From IMG/VR virus record IMGVR_UViG_3300032782_000002: a stretch of 64,000 nucleotides of DNA. One strand, given 5' to 3'. Source of the stretch: a virus. Taxonomy: Duplodnaviria; Caudoviricetes. The translations under genes were made by a program, and so were the position numbers. The notes beneath the pieces are model-generated. The model searched no databases. It worked only from the letters and a program-made list of their open reading frames with translations, and was not told the origin of the DNA. Below are positions 9,261 through 18,927 of the stretch, piece after piece (the stretch's first letter is position 1; each line of letters begins with the position of its first letter).

Positions 9261-10237
9261 GGAATGTCTCCCTCGCGCACAGCGCGTGTTGCCTCGACGA
9301 CCAGCGCGCCGGGTGGATCGGTCTCGAACTCCATACCGGGGCGCAGCTCGACGTCCTCGCCGTTGGCGAGATGGCCGTGAGTCGATCCGGCCGTCCACGT
9401 GATCTGGACAACCTGATACACGTTGACCGTCCGCCCGAAGGCGAAGCGCAGGATGTCGCTGTGGGTCACCGTCGAGCGCCGAACCGTCACGAGCTTGCCG
9501 TTGACCGTGAAGTGCCGCGGCGGGTTGGGCAGCCAGCCCGTGACGTTTCCGTCGGTGTTGCAGCCGCACGCTTTCTCGCCCTTGCTCTCGTCGGCCCATG
9601 CGCGCCCAGACCACGAGCCCTTGTGATCCGGACACATGATCTCGCGCAGATCCTCACCGCCGTAGATGAGGCGCGCGAGCAGCGCGCTCTTGGTGATCTG
9701 CTGGAAGACGTTGGTAATGGACTCGGCGAAGTGCTCGTCGGCGATCATGGCCTGCACCGCGATGCTGCGATCGGCATCCAGAGCGGCGACGTTTCCCGTT
9801 TCCTGCTGATACAGGCTCCACACCTTCTGACCGTCCTCGGTGCTCATGGGACTGTCCATCCCGGGGTAGAGGGCGAGCTGCGTCCGCTCGACGCGCATGT
9901 TGATCGCCCGCTCCCAGAGGCGAAGCTTCTCGCAGTACTGGCTAACCGGCATGACCGGCTCGTTGAAGTGCACGGCGAGACGGGCGAGCATCAGGTCAGC
10001 TTCCTCGTCAGTCAACGGGGGAAGCCGGGGCCCGGTGGGAAGCGGACCCATCATCACGGCTCCTCCCGACTGGCAGAGCACGCTGTACAGACTCTTGTAC
10101 TCGGCCAGGACACGATCGAACGTCGCGCCATCCGACTCGTCGATGCGACGCACCGCGGTGACCGCGATGACCACGTGGCGCCACGCCTTGGCTTGCTGCA
10201 CGACCACGTTGAGCATGTCGACGGGATCTGTATCCAT
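9257..10237 (-). CDS. Hypothetical protein with C-terminal multi-ubiquitin-like beta-grasp domain
   Basis: C-terminal FTVNGK...VTHSDILRFAF...ITW...GEDVELRPGMEF pattern. Confidence 0.55.
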   Translation of the reverse strand: MDTDPVDMLNVVVQQAKAWRHVVIAVTAVRRIDESDGATFDRVLAEYKSLYSVLCQSGGAVMMGPLPTGPRLPPLTDEEADLMLARLAVHFNEPVMPVSQYCEKLRLWERAINMRVERTQLALYPGMDSPMSTEDGQKVWSLYQQETGNVAALDADRSIAVQAMIADEHFAESITNVFQQITKSALLARLIYGGEDLREIMCPDHKGSWSGRAWADESKGEKACGCNTDGNVTGWLPNPPRHFTVNGKLVTVRRSTVTHSDILRFAFGRTVNVYQVVQITWTAGSTHGHLANGEDVELRPGMEFETDPPGALVVEATRAVREGDIP

Positions 10238-10246
10238 GGTGTGCGC

Positions 10247-11521
10247 TCACCTCAAAACGGTGAGTCTCTCCTGGCCGCGTGTCGCGGCCGTGTACATCCA
10301 GCGCGCGAACTCGTTGTGGCTCTCGGGCATGTCGACCAGCACGATCGCGTGCTCGAACTGCGAGCCCTGGCTCTTGTGCACCGTCAGGCAGTAGCCGAAG
10401 TCGAAGAAGTCACCGGCCTCGCGGATGGTGCGCACGCGGATGCCGCGCTCGTTCAGCTCCTCGACGGAGGCGAAGACGCCGTCGCGGTTGAACTGCGGCG
10501 CGCAGAGCGAGCGTGTGTGGGCCTCGATCCCCTCGTCGGGAAAGCCGATGTGCACGTCGAGCAGCCAGGGCCTGCCACCCGGGTTGGACTCGGCTTCGAG
10601 CACGCCGCGCATGCCGTTGTAGACGGGGGCGCGGTTACGCAGGCAGATGAGCGGCTCGCCCAGGTGCGGCGGCCCCTTGAGCCCGCGCGACTGGCGCGCC
10701 AGCCCGTTCAGCTGGATGCGCTGGCGGTTGGTCCAGCACAGGACCCCGACCGAGAGCGCCGGCACGTCCGCGACCGACTTGAGCACGGACTGCACGTCGC
10801 GGCGGCTGCGGATGGCCACGCGACCGTCGGACGACTTGAAGGTGCCGATGCGGCGGCCCTCGCGGATGTGGTGGGCGAAGGCGATGATGGGGTTGCCCTC
10901 CGCCTGGCGGTGGATGACCTCCAGCCGGACGTCGGGGTTCTGCATGAGCGCCCCCGCTGCGCGAACCGGGGGCAGCTGGCCGTGATCACCCACCGCGATG
11001 ATGGGCACGCCGTGCTGCTGCAGATCGAGCAGGATCTCGTCGGAGACCATCGACGCCTCGTCCACGACGATGAGGTCGTAGGAGCGATCGAGGTGCTCGC
11101 GCTTGGTCCAGCCGAGCAGCTCGTCCTTGTCGTTGATGACGGGCTTGTAGAGGAGTCGGTGGATGGTGCCGACGAAGGCGGGACCGCTGTCGCGATCGGT
11201 CAGGTCCTTGTCGAAGTAGGTCATCGCGGCGACCGCCGACAGGTACTCGTCCTCTTCGTCCTTGCGCGTCTTGAGGGTGAAGCGGACGCCCGCGTTGTGC
11301 AGACTGCGCGACAGCTGGCTGGCGGCGCGGCCGGTGAACGCGATGTAGGCCACGAGGAGCTTGGCCTGCTGGGCCATGCGCGCGAAGACGCCGGTGACGG
11401 TCGTCTTGCCAGTGCCGCCGAGACCCCCGCAGGTGAGCAGAGGCTTGCCGCTGTCGGCATGCCCCGTCATCGCGTCGAACATAACGCGCTGATCGGCGGA
11501 GAGGTCGGCTACGGTCATCAT
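10247..11521 (-). CDS. SF1B helicase, RecD2/Dda-like
   Basis: GLGGTGKT, TIHRLLY, VDEASMV, GDHGQLPPV, HRQ, TVHKSQGS, YTAATRG. Confidence 0.92.
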   Translation of the reverse strand: MMTVADLSADQRVMFDAMTGHADSGKPLLTCGGLGGTGKTTVTGVFARMAQQAKLLVAYIAFTGRAASQLSRSLHNAGVRFTLKTRKDEEDEYLSAVAAMTYFDKDLTDRDSGPAFVGTIHRLLYKPVINDKDELLGWTKREHLDRSYDLIVVDEASMVSDEILLDLQQHGVPIIAVGDHGQLPPVRAAGALMQNPDVRLEVIHRQAEGNPIIAFAHHIREGRRIGTFKSSDGRVAIRSRRDVQSVLKSVADVPALSVGVLCWTNRQRIQLNGLARQSRGLKGPPHLGEPLICLRNRAPVYNGMRGVLEAESNPGGRPWLLDVHIGFPDEGIEAHTRSLCAPQFNRDGVFASVEELNERGIRVRTIREAGDFFDFGYCLTVHKSQGSQFEHAIVLVDMPESHNEFARWMYTAATRGQERLTVLR

Positions 11522-11685
11522 CGGAAGAGATCCTCGCGCAGATCATCGCGGTATCGCGCGAGCGTCAGGCCGTGCTTCTTGGCACAGCCGCCGCAGACGA
11601 GCGCGCCCTCGCAGATCACGAGCGGCTCGTCCGGTGTGGGCGTGGCGCCGCACACCTCGCAGGTATCTTCGTTATCGTTGGGCAT
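11518..11685 (-). CDS. Small zinc-finger protein (55 aa, below the ORF-track cutoff)
   Basis: Translated by hand: MPNDNEDTCEVCG...ICEGALVCGGCAKK; overlaps both neighbours. Confidence 0.55.
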   Translation of the reverse strand: MPNDNEDTCEVCGATPTPDEPLVICEGALVCGGCAKKHGLTLARYRDDLREDLFR

Positions 11686-11858
11686 CAGTCGGGCAGCTTC
11701 ACCTTGAGGATCTTGGCGGCCTCGCGCAGCCGCTCGCGGTCGGCGGCGGCGCGGATGGCGTCTACACCCTCCTCGACAGCGCGCCGGACCGTCCGGGGAT
11801 CCAGCTCGGCGTGTGCCGCCAGGAGCTTGATGGTCTTGTCGTCCAGCTCGCGCTTCAT
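11685..11858 (-). CDS. Small HTH-like protein, LDPRT paralogue 1
   Basis: LAAHAELDPRTVRRAVEEGVD; two paralogues elsewhere in the window. Confidence 0.7.
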   Translation of the reverse strand: MKRELDDKTIKLLAAHAELDPRTVRRAVEEGVDAIRAAADRERLREAAKILKVKLPD

Positions 11859-12781
11859 CACGCGGCCTGGCGCTCGACGATGCGGACGAAGCCGTACTTG
11901 TCGATGACCGGCTTCTTGCGGTCGTGGTTGAGGTAGAGATCCCACGTACGCGGGAAGAGCCCCGAGATGAAGTGGCCCACGGCGTAGGCGTACTGGCGGA
12001 TCTCCCACTGCGCGTTGTCGTCCGAGCGCAGCGTCAGGAACGCGAGCCAGTTGCGCAGATCGGTCTTGGCGCGCATGACGGAGTAGCGCGCGACGGGCAC
12101 CGGGCAGCGCGCGATCTCTTTCGGGATGCCGATCTTGAGCCCCTCCTCGTAGACCTCCTGGGACAGGGCGTACGCCGCGTGCAGCCGTTCGAGCCACGCG
12201 AGCACTTGCGTGTGGGTCAGCTCCCCGGCGCCGTCGGCGCGCGCGGCCTGCTTGTTCTTGGCGTTGACGACGAGACAACGATCCACCGACGGGCTGTAGT
12301 TCTCGTCGGGCAGTGGCGTGTAGCGTGCACTCATCTCGTTATAAGATTGCACCCTGTGCCTGTGCCACTCGCGGAAGACGAAGATGGGCGCCTTGACCTC
12401 GATGATCATCTCGCCCATCTCGAAGGGCGTGTCGTGGCGATTCTCGTACAGGTGGGTGAGGAGCTTCTCGTCACCCGGCTTGTTGACGAAGAGAGACCGT
12501 CCCTGAGCGTCGCGTGCGGTGCCGCCGTGGCACTGCTTGCAGAGCGAGCCGGGCCCGTTCTCGGGTTCGTTGGTGCCGCGACCGTTGCAACGGCTGCAGA
12601 TCTCCAGCTCGCCCCACCCCTTGAAGCCCTTGCCGGTAGACATGCGCGCGGCCTCGATGATGCTCTCGTCGGAGCCCATGTGGTCGATGAGCCGCACGTA
12701 ACCGTAGTCGAGCAGCTTGACCGTGGCCTGAACGTAGACGCTCGCCGTCTTAGCGATAGCGGGGGTGTCGGTCGTCGTCAT
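11858..12781 (-). CDS. thyX: Flavin-dependent thymidylate synthase with zinc-finger insertion
   Basis: HDTPFE and RHRVQSYNEMSARY ThyX motifs; AQWEIR. Confidence 0.93.
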   Translation of the reverse strand: MTTTDTPAIAKTASVYVQATVKLLDYGYVRLIDHMGSDESIIEAARMSTGKGFKGWGELEICSRCNGRGTNEPENGPGSLCKQCHGGTARDAQGRSLFVNKPGDEKLLTHLYENRHDTPFEMGEMIIEVKAPIFVFREWHRHRVQSYNEMSARYTPLPDENYSPSVDRCLVVNAKNKQAARADGAGELTHTQVLAWLERLHAAYALSQEVYEEGLKIGIPKEIARCPVPVARYSVMRAKTDLRNWLAFLTLRSDDNAQWEIRQYAYAVGHFISGLFPRTWDLYLNHDRKKPVIDKYGFVRIVERQAA

Positions 12782-12827
12782 GGAGCCTCCAAGCTCTTGC
12801 GCATCTTGCTCCTCTTGCGCAGGAGCG

Positions 12828-13040
12828 TCAAGCCGCTTTGGTGCCCTTGCGAGCCTTTTTCTTGGCGGCGCGTGCCTCGCGCGCGGCCGCTTCGTTGGCG
12901 GGCCAGGACAGCGTCATCTTCACCCGGGTGCCGTGGTCCGACATGATGGCCAGGAAAAAGTTGACGAAGTCCACCTCGCCGACCTGCTCGTAGATCTCGT
13001 TCATCTTGTAGGCCGCAGCCTTGCGCGATTCGTCGCTCAT
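12828..13040 (-). CDS. Hypothetical protein
   Basis: ATGA overlap. Confidence 0.5.
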   Translation of the reverse strand: MSDESRKAAAYKMNEIYEQVGEVDFVNFFLAIMSDHGTRVKMTLSWPANEAAAREARAAKKKARKGTKAA

Positions 13041-13366
13041 CGTCGTCCTCCTGCTACACGCCCTGCGGCGCGCTGTTCCTTGTACAGGCGCATCAGATTG
13101 CGCCCGAGCTGCGTCGTCTCCAGCCACACCGTGTCGCGCGTGTCGACCCAGGTGGTGAGGAGCTTGTAGTGGAGCAGCCACACGATCTGGCCGGCATCGG
13201 GCGAGTCGATGCTGTCGATCTGCCGCTGCCCCCAGCAGGTCTCCAGTACGCGAACGTCGCTCGGCGACATGCGCTCATCGAGCTTGAGCGCCAGGGCGCT
13301 CTCCATGTCACTCGGGCCCGTCCCGCGGCGCTTGGCTGCCAGCTGTACCGGTTCGTCGTCGTTCAT
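13037..13366 (-). CDS. Hypothetical protein
   Basis: ATGA overlap with polA. Confidence 0.55.
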   Translation of the reverse strand: MNDDEPVQLAAKRRGTGPSDMESALALKLDERMSPSDVRVLETCWGQRQIDSIDSPDAGQIVWLLHYKLLTTWVDTRDTVWLETTQLGRNLMRLYKEQRAAGRVAGGRR

Positions 13367-16300
13367 CCGAAGTCACTCCATCGCACGCCGTACTTGAGAT
13401 CGATCGGCATCACCCACTGCTTGCCGTTGGTCGGCGTCGTGATCGTCTCGCCCCACACGCTCTGAATGAGCGAGACGGTCTTGAGGGCTACGGCGCCTTC
13501 GAGCACGCCCTGCATGACGGGCTTGCCGTCCTTCAAGACGGGCTTGCCGTCCTTCATCTTGGGCTGCTGGATGATGCGGCCGGGCGCCTCGGTGATGCAC
13601 GCGTCGTGGATCTGCGCCACGAACTTGGCCCTCTTGGGAAGGTGGGGGTGGATGCGCTGCAGCCGATCATTCATCAGCGCGGCGATGCCACCCTGCACGC
13701 AGTTACCCGTCACAAACACGCATCCCTCGCGGCGAGCGACAAAGTACGTGTTGGCCACCACAGGGCACCACACGCGTGTGGTGGCTTGCCATCGGCGAAC
13801 TTGGTTGATCGCCTTGTGATTGCGCCCGTAGCGCTGCGGGTGCGCGATCACCTGCGCCGTATCCCGACTGAGAATCGTGACGAGCCACCCGCCCGTCCCG
13901 CGAGGCCGATTCTTCATCTGCGGCGACTTCACGGCGAGCTGCCCCTTCTTCCAGCGCATGTTTGCGGCCTTGCCGCACAGCGTGCACAACGTGACGAAAG
14001 CGTCTGCAGCCTCTTTGGATCGACAGAAGAACGTCGGAGACGATGGGGACGAGCGGCAGCCATCTCCGTCGAGCATCGTGTGCATCAAGAGCTGCAGCTG
14101 ATCCGCCGTCAGCGCGAGCATGAAGTCCATTGTCAACAGCCGCTGCGGGAAGAGGGATCGCACCACGTGGGCCGTCTCGGTCCCGTTGTACATGTGCCAG
14201 TCGACCTTGCCCGTCGTGGGATCATGGCTGCGCCCAACCCGCGGACCGATACGAGCCATCAGTGCATCGATACGGGCGACCTTCTTCCGATTCCCACGGC
14301 GGCTCTGCGTGACTGTAATCACGTTCGACCCGATGTGGCCGTCCGTCAGCACCCAGCCCACCAGCTCGACGAAGTCGTCCGTGTAGGTCTTGCAGCTCGC
14401 GCCAGAGTACGTGCCGGTGCGGTGTATCGAGTAGTCGAGATTGCCTGCCGCCAGCTCGTGTGTTCGCAGGCACTTGTTCTTGCCGGTACGGCGGTGCCGC
14501 GTCAGCCACCTATGGTCTGGCGTCGTCACAGCGTTGAACGATCGCGATCGGAACTCAATCAGCTCACCGACGTAGTTGTGGATCAGATTCATCCGCGTGA
14601 TCGGCTTCCACTCGAACTGATCGGTGTCCGCGTTCTTCGACAGCAGCATGTCGCCTGGCTTCAGGTCAAAGCCGGGCACCCATCCGCGCCGTGTGAGCGC
14701 CTCTGTCTTGTCGTCCAGGCAGTAGTTCGAGACGTCCGTGATGGCCGGGTACCACCCCAGCCACCGGATGCGGTTCGAGAAAAACTCACGCAGATGACCG
14801 TGGCGCTTGCAGTACGCCATGTTCTCCTGGCAGAACTCGTAGTAGCGCGCGTAGATCTTGTGAATCTGCGCGAACATCGCCTCGACGTCGGGCAGCGTGA
14901 CGTCGAAGCCCTTGCTGCGCAGGAACTTGAAGATGGTCTCGGAGTCGGCCTGGTAAAGGATGCCGAAGCCGGCGTTCTTGGCGACGTCGCGGAAGGGCTT
15001 GCCGCACTTGCACTCGCTCTTGGCGTCGCCCTGCTCACCGTGCCGCGGGCAGTACTTGCCCTTGGGATCGCTCTCCAGCACATCGCGCGCGTCGGGGAAG
15101 AGGATCTTGGCGTTCGACGTGTGCACGTCGCCCGACTCGCATGACGCGATGAAGTTCTCGTCGCCCGAGAGGTACGCGGCCATGCGCATCTCGGACTGCG
15201 ACAGGTCGAAGTAGATGAGCACGTGACCGGGCGCCGCCATGTACAGCTCGCGTACGCGATCTTCGAGCGCGCGCGACCAGCGCGGCAGGTTCATGAGGTT
15301 GGGTCGCGAGCAGGAGAAGCGCCCGGTGACGGTGCCAAACGCCTTCCACGAGGGATGCACGCGTCCGTCCTTGCCGGGGCGGATGCTGTCGATGAACGTG
15401 CGCTTGGTCTTCTGGGTTGCGCGCCAGCGCAGGATCAGATCGGCGAGCTTGCCGGCGCGCGTGGTGTCGCCCTTGACGGCTTCGAGGGTACGAGAGCTGG
15501 TGGAGGCTAGGCCCGTCTTGGTGATCTCGATGGGCTTGATGTTGTACTGCCCGAAGAGGGCCGCCCGGAGATCGCCGGGTCGGGCGGGATGGAAGTCGCT
15601 GCGGCCGACCAGCATGCGCATCTGCCCGAGCAGCGCGCCCGCACGGAACCGCAGCTTCTGCGACAGCTCCTCGGCCAGCTTCATGTCGAACGAGAAGCCG
15701 GCGGCCGCCATGCCGCGGCAGATGGCAGCGCTGCGCATGTCCCCCGCATAGACATCCAACTCGGATCGCAGATCGGCTTGCTGCCGGCGCCAGGCCACAG
15801 CATTCGCACGGACGTCGATGGAATTATACAGGTCGAGATCTTCGCTCGACATCCAGCGGCTCTGTACGCCGCCCTTCTCCTCGGCGCCTTTGGCCTTGAA
15901 CTCAGCCTTCCAAGGACCGATGTCGACGTACATCGAGGCCAGATGGTCCAAGCCCTGACGCAGGTGCGACGCGTATGTGTGGTGCGCGATGAGACTGTCG
16001 AAGATCTTGTCCTCGGCTGGATGAATGTCGTAGCGGTCGAGCACCAGCATATCGAAGCTGGCGAAGTTGTGGCCTCCCGCGACATGACCGGCGGCGAGGA
16101 ACTTGTTGATGACGGCGCCCATCTCGCGCAGCACCTTCTGCGCCTTGCGCCGCTGCTGGGGCGTCTCGCGCGGCGGCGACGCGAGTACGACGCGCACGTC
16201 GTCATCCTTGACGATCTCGCCGTCGGGGACTTCGGAGATGCCGAGCATCGTCATCTTGTCCACGAGCGGCTCGGGGCCAAGCGTCTCGACGTCGATGATG

Positions 16301-17532
16301 ACTTGCTTGGTACGGATGGTCTTCAACTGCACCTGCAGATCGGTGACCGTGCGCGCTACCGCGTACGGTCCGTCGTCGAGCAGCACCAGCTCGCCGCGCG
16401 CCGCGCGACCGGCGCGCTTGATGTCCACGCGCAACATCGGCAGGAGCTGCTCGCCACCACGCAGCACGTAGGCCGGGTGGATGGTGGGGATGCAGGTGCG
16501 ACCGGCCAGCTGGGCTCGCGCCTGCAGTCGCCAGAGGCTCTGCTCGCAGCGATCGATGGCCGCCGCGAACTTCTTGGGATCGAGGGTCTTGCGCTTGACC
16601 AGCGCGCGCTCACCCGCCTTGACCTTCGAGGCATCGATCTCGGGCAGCGTCCAGACCAGACCGCGGGTCTTGAGGATGGAGCCCTTGCCGAGCATGACAC
16701 GCGCGGCGGGGGCGCCGAGGGCTAGGATGGGGATCTTGGGGTCCAGGCGGGAAAGCTCGTTGGACAGCCGCGCCGAGCAGCACGCTGCCGCACGATCCTT
16801 CTCCCAGTCCGTGTCGCCCCTGCACGCCCCTGCGTTAGTCAAGTGGCACTGGCCGCGCGAGACACCGGCGTCGATGAGCAGCTTGGTCAGCATGGAGCCG
16901 CTCGGGCCCACGAAGGGACGGCCCTCTTGGATCTCCATGCGGCCGGGCCCCTCGCCGATGACGATCAGCTTGGTCTGTCCGGGACCACCCGACGCCCAGG
17001 TCGGAGGCACGGGCGTATGCCGGCCCTTGAGCGGGCACTCGTCGCAGCGGGCACCGAAGGCGCGCGGATCGTAGGCGCCCATCTGGGCAGCTGCGACCAC
17101 CGCATCGGGGACAGGGGCAATGAGCGTCGTCGGCGAGTTCTCCCTCGCCTTCTGCAGCAGCTCCTCGGGCGAGGGCGGCAACCTGGGGACGGGTCGGGCC
17201 GCGTCGCCGGGGTGCGCCTTGTTGACGATCTCGGCGAGGATCTGGGCGTGGCAGGGCTGAGGCAAGCACCAGCACCCGAGGATCTTGCCGCGCAGCTCGC
17301 GCTTGGCGCGCTCGACGATCTCGGGGTGCCGCGCGAGATGCTCGCGGTACTTGGCGAGCGCCTCCTCGCGTGTGGCGACGATGTTCTCGGGGCGGACGAA
17401 GCGGGCGTCGGCCTTGGTGGCGTACGGGTTACTCCAGACGGAGGGGCGCGTGACGCGCACGAGCCGACGCTGCTGACGGGCAATGGCGACGTCGTCGCCG
17501 TTGCTCATGTTGATGACCTCGACAGCAGGCAT
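13363..17532 (-). CDS. polA: Family A DNA polymerase fused to N-terminal DUF4326 and family-4 UDG-like domains; intein-containing
   Basis: RPSVWSNPY and LGCWCLPQPCHA (DUF4326); IGEGPG, GRPFVGPSG, HPA (UDG); IDVET, HNFASFD, YNSID (exonuclease); TVTGRFS, DLSQSEMR, RDVAKNAGFGILY, QIHD (polymerase). Confidence 0.93.
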   Translation of the reverse strand: MPAVEVINMSNGDDVAIARQQRRLVRVTRPSVWSNPYATKADARFVRPENIVATREEALAKYREHLARHPEIVERAKRELRGKILGCWCLPQPCHAQILAEIVNKAHPGDAARPVPRLPPSPEELLQKARENSPTTLIAPVPDAVVAAAQMGAYDPRAFGARCDECPLKGRHTPVPPTWASGGPGQTKLIVIGEGPGRMEIQEGRPFVGPSGSMLTKLLIDAGVSRGQCHLTNAGACRGDTDWEKDRAAACCSARLSNELSRLDPKIPILALGAPAARVMLGKGSILKTRGLVWTLPEIDASKVKAGERALVKRKTLDPKKFAAAIDRCEQSLWRLQARAQLAGRTCIPTIHPAYVLRGGEQLLPMLRVDIKRAGRAARGELVLLDDGPYAVARTVTDLQVQLKTIRTKQVIIDVETLGPEPLVDKMTMLGISEVPDGEIVKDDDVRVVLASPPRETPQQRRKAQKVLREMGAVINKFLAAGHVAGGHNFASFDMLVLDRYDIHPAEDKIFDSLIAHHTYASHLRQGLDHLASMYVDIGPWKAEFKAKGAEEKGGVQSRWMSSEDLDLYNSIDVRANAVAWRRQQADLRSELDVYAGDMRSAAICRGMAAAGFSFDMKLAEELSQKLRFRAGALLGQMRMLVGRSDFHPARPGDLRAALFGQYNIKPIEITKTGLASTSSRTLEAVKGDTTRAGKLADLILRWRATQKTKRTFIDSIRPGKDGRVHPSWKAFGTVTGRFSCSRPNLMNLPRWSRALEDRVRELYMAAPGHVLIYFDLSQSEMRMAAYLSGDENFIASCESGDVHTSNAKILFPDARDVLESDPKGKYCPRHGEQGDAKSECKCGKPFRDVAKNAGFGILYQADSETIFKFLRSKGFDVTLPDVEAMFAQIHKIYARYYEFCQENMAYCKRHGHLREFFSNRIRWLGWYPAITDVSNYCLDDKTEALTRRGWVPGFDLKPGDMLLSKNADTDQFEWKPITRMNLIHNYVGELIEFRSRSFNAVTTPDHRWLTRHRRTGKNKCLRTHELAAGNLDYSIHRTGTYSGASCKTYTDDFVELVGWVLTDGHIGSNVITVTQSRRGNRKKVARIDALMARIGPRVGRSHDPTTGKVDWHMYNGTETAHVVRSLFPQRLLTMDFMLALTADQLQLLMHTMLDGDGCRSSPSSPTFFCRSKEAADAFVTLCTLCGKAANMRWKKGQLAVKSPQMKNRPRGTGGWLVTILSRDTAQVIAHPQRYGRNHKAINQVRRWQATTRVWCPVVANTYFVARREGCVFVTGNCVQGGIAALMNDRLQRIHPHLPKRAKFVAQIHDACITEAPGRIIQQPKMKDGKPVLKDGKPVMQGVLEGAVALKTVSLIQSVWGETITTPTNGKQWVMPIDLKYGVRWSDFG
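13702..14721 (-). mobile_element. Intein (340 aa) with LAGLIDADG-type homing endonuclease, inside polA
   Basis: Starts CLDDKTEALT; VTTPDHRW block B; LVGWVLTDG and MLDGDG motifs; ends FVTGN followed by Cys+1. Confidence 0.9.
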
Positions 17533-17535
17533 GGC

Positions 17536-17778
17536 CTACCCGATCATCGAGGCCGCCGCAGAGACGTCCGACGCACGCACGAGCGCGCGGACGCACATGG
17601 CGACCATGTTGTCGAGATCGATGCTCTCGGCCTTGACGATCCCCGCCACCGTGGGCGTGTCGCCCTGCCCGATGACCACGACGAACACGCCGCCCACGCA
17701 GGGCTGCGCGGTCAGACTTGCGACGGTCGCCTGGGCGAGCCGCACCACCTCGTCGTTGATCGCCGCGTCACTCATCAC
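17536..17778 (-). CDS. Hypothetical protein
   Basis: Abuts polA start. Confidence 0.5.
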   Translation of the reverse strand: MMSDAAINDEVVRLAQATVASLTAQPCVGGVFVVVIGQGDTPTVAGIVKAESIDLDNMVAMCVRALVRASDVSAAASMIG

Positions 17779-17977
17779 CCCTCTTGATGTCGGCCGCTGG
17801 CCTGTCGTCGCGTGTGGCGTTGATGACGTGTCCGAGCTTGCCGAGGGGCACCGGCTTGACGCCGTCGTAGACGACGACGTCCTTGGCCTCCATGAGCTTG
17901 CGCACCGCGATGGTCCGCTTCTCGGCGTAGATGATGAACTGGCGCCCGCCGTCGAGCGTCACGCGGTAGCGGCGCAT
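17768..17977 (-). CDS. Hypothetical protein
   Basis: MRRYRVTLDGG; good codon usage. Confidence 0.5.
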   Translation of the reverse strand: MRRYRVTLDGGRQFIIYAEKRTIAVRKLMEAKDVVVYDGVKPVPLGKLGHVINATRDDRPAADIKRGDE

Positions 17978-18357
17978 GGGATCAGCGGGTGTCGTTGTCG
18001 GCTTGCTGGTCGTGGAAGGGGCAGTCCTCATGGACGCCGCAGGTGCACTCCACCTCGGCCTGCACGACGGGGATCCCGGGGCTCGGCGAACCGGCCGAGT
18101 CTCCGTACAGGAGCCTGAAGCCGCTGTTCACGTTGGAATCGCGGATGGCCTTGCCTTCGAAGAGCGACAGCTGCTGCATCGACTTTGCCTCCGTGGATCG
18201 GCACCGAGTCGAACGGCGCTCGGCCGCGCGCGGGAAGAAACGAGAAAGACCCGCATCGCGACCTGTCCGAAGAGCGCCCACCAAGGCGCCCCCGATCCAG
18301 ACACGGCCATGGCCGGGCGGCGCGAACCGACCGGCCATGGACCATGGCTCGCTTCGC

Positions 18358-18912
18358 CTAGCGGCGGCCGGCCTTGCCCTTCGCAGCCGGCTTCTTGGCC
18401 GCCTGGCGGGCGGGCGGAGCCGCAGCCGGCTCCTCGTCGCTCTCGCCGCGCGGCAGGCGGTACTCCACGTTCTCGCGCTGCTCGCCGTTGGCGTCGGCCT
18501 TGTGCACCACGGTGATGTCGAGCTTCTGGCCGTTGATGGCCTGGATCAGCTCCTCCAGGTCGCCCTTGTTGCTGATCTGGCGCGGCACGAGGTCCATGGA
18601 CAGACCCATGCGCTCCAGCATCGTGCGCAGGCGCAGCTTGTGACCGCGGAACTTGCTGTCGTCCGAGAGGACGAGGAAGTCCGAGATCGAGGCGCCGACG
18701 AACTGCTCGTTGTCCTCGTTGCCGTCGGCGACGGCCTCGGCCGTCCACTCGATGACGAGCATCGGCAGGTTGTCCTTCTTGGTGCCCTTGACGCTCGCGG
18801 CGGCCTCGCAGGTGAACCGACCGGCGCCGATGCGCGGCGGCACGGTGGAGACGTCGTAGTCGACCGGCGTGAAGTCGTAGGTCGCGTCGTGGCTGTTCTG
18901 AGCAGTGGCCAT
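18358..18912 (-). CDS. DUF669-like putative single-stranded DNA-binding protein
   Basis: OB-fold-like pattern with charged tail; lies next to the AAA_24 gene as in phage replication modules. Confidence 0.55.
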   Translation of the reverse strand: MATAQNSHDATYDFTPVDYDVSTVPPRIGAGRFTCEAAASVKGTKKDNLPMLVIEWTAEAVADGNEDNEQFVGASISDFLVLSDDSKFRGHKLRLRTMLERMGLSMDLVPRQISNKGDLEELIQAINGQKLDITVVHKADANGEQRENVEYRLPRGESDEEPAAAPPARQAAKKPAAKGKAGRR

Positions 18913-18927
18913 TGGGATTGTCCTTGT

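Noticed and set aside
13516-13556. Near-tandem 21-bp duplication near the polA 3' end
   Set aside because: Simply encodes a repeated KDGKPV loop.
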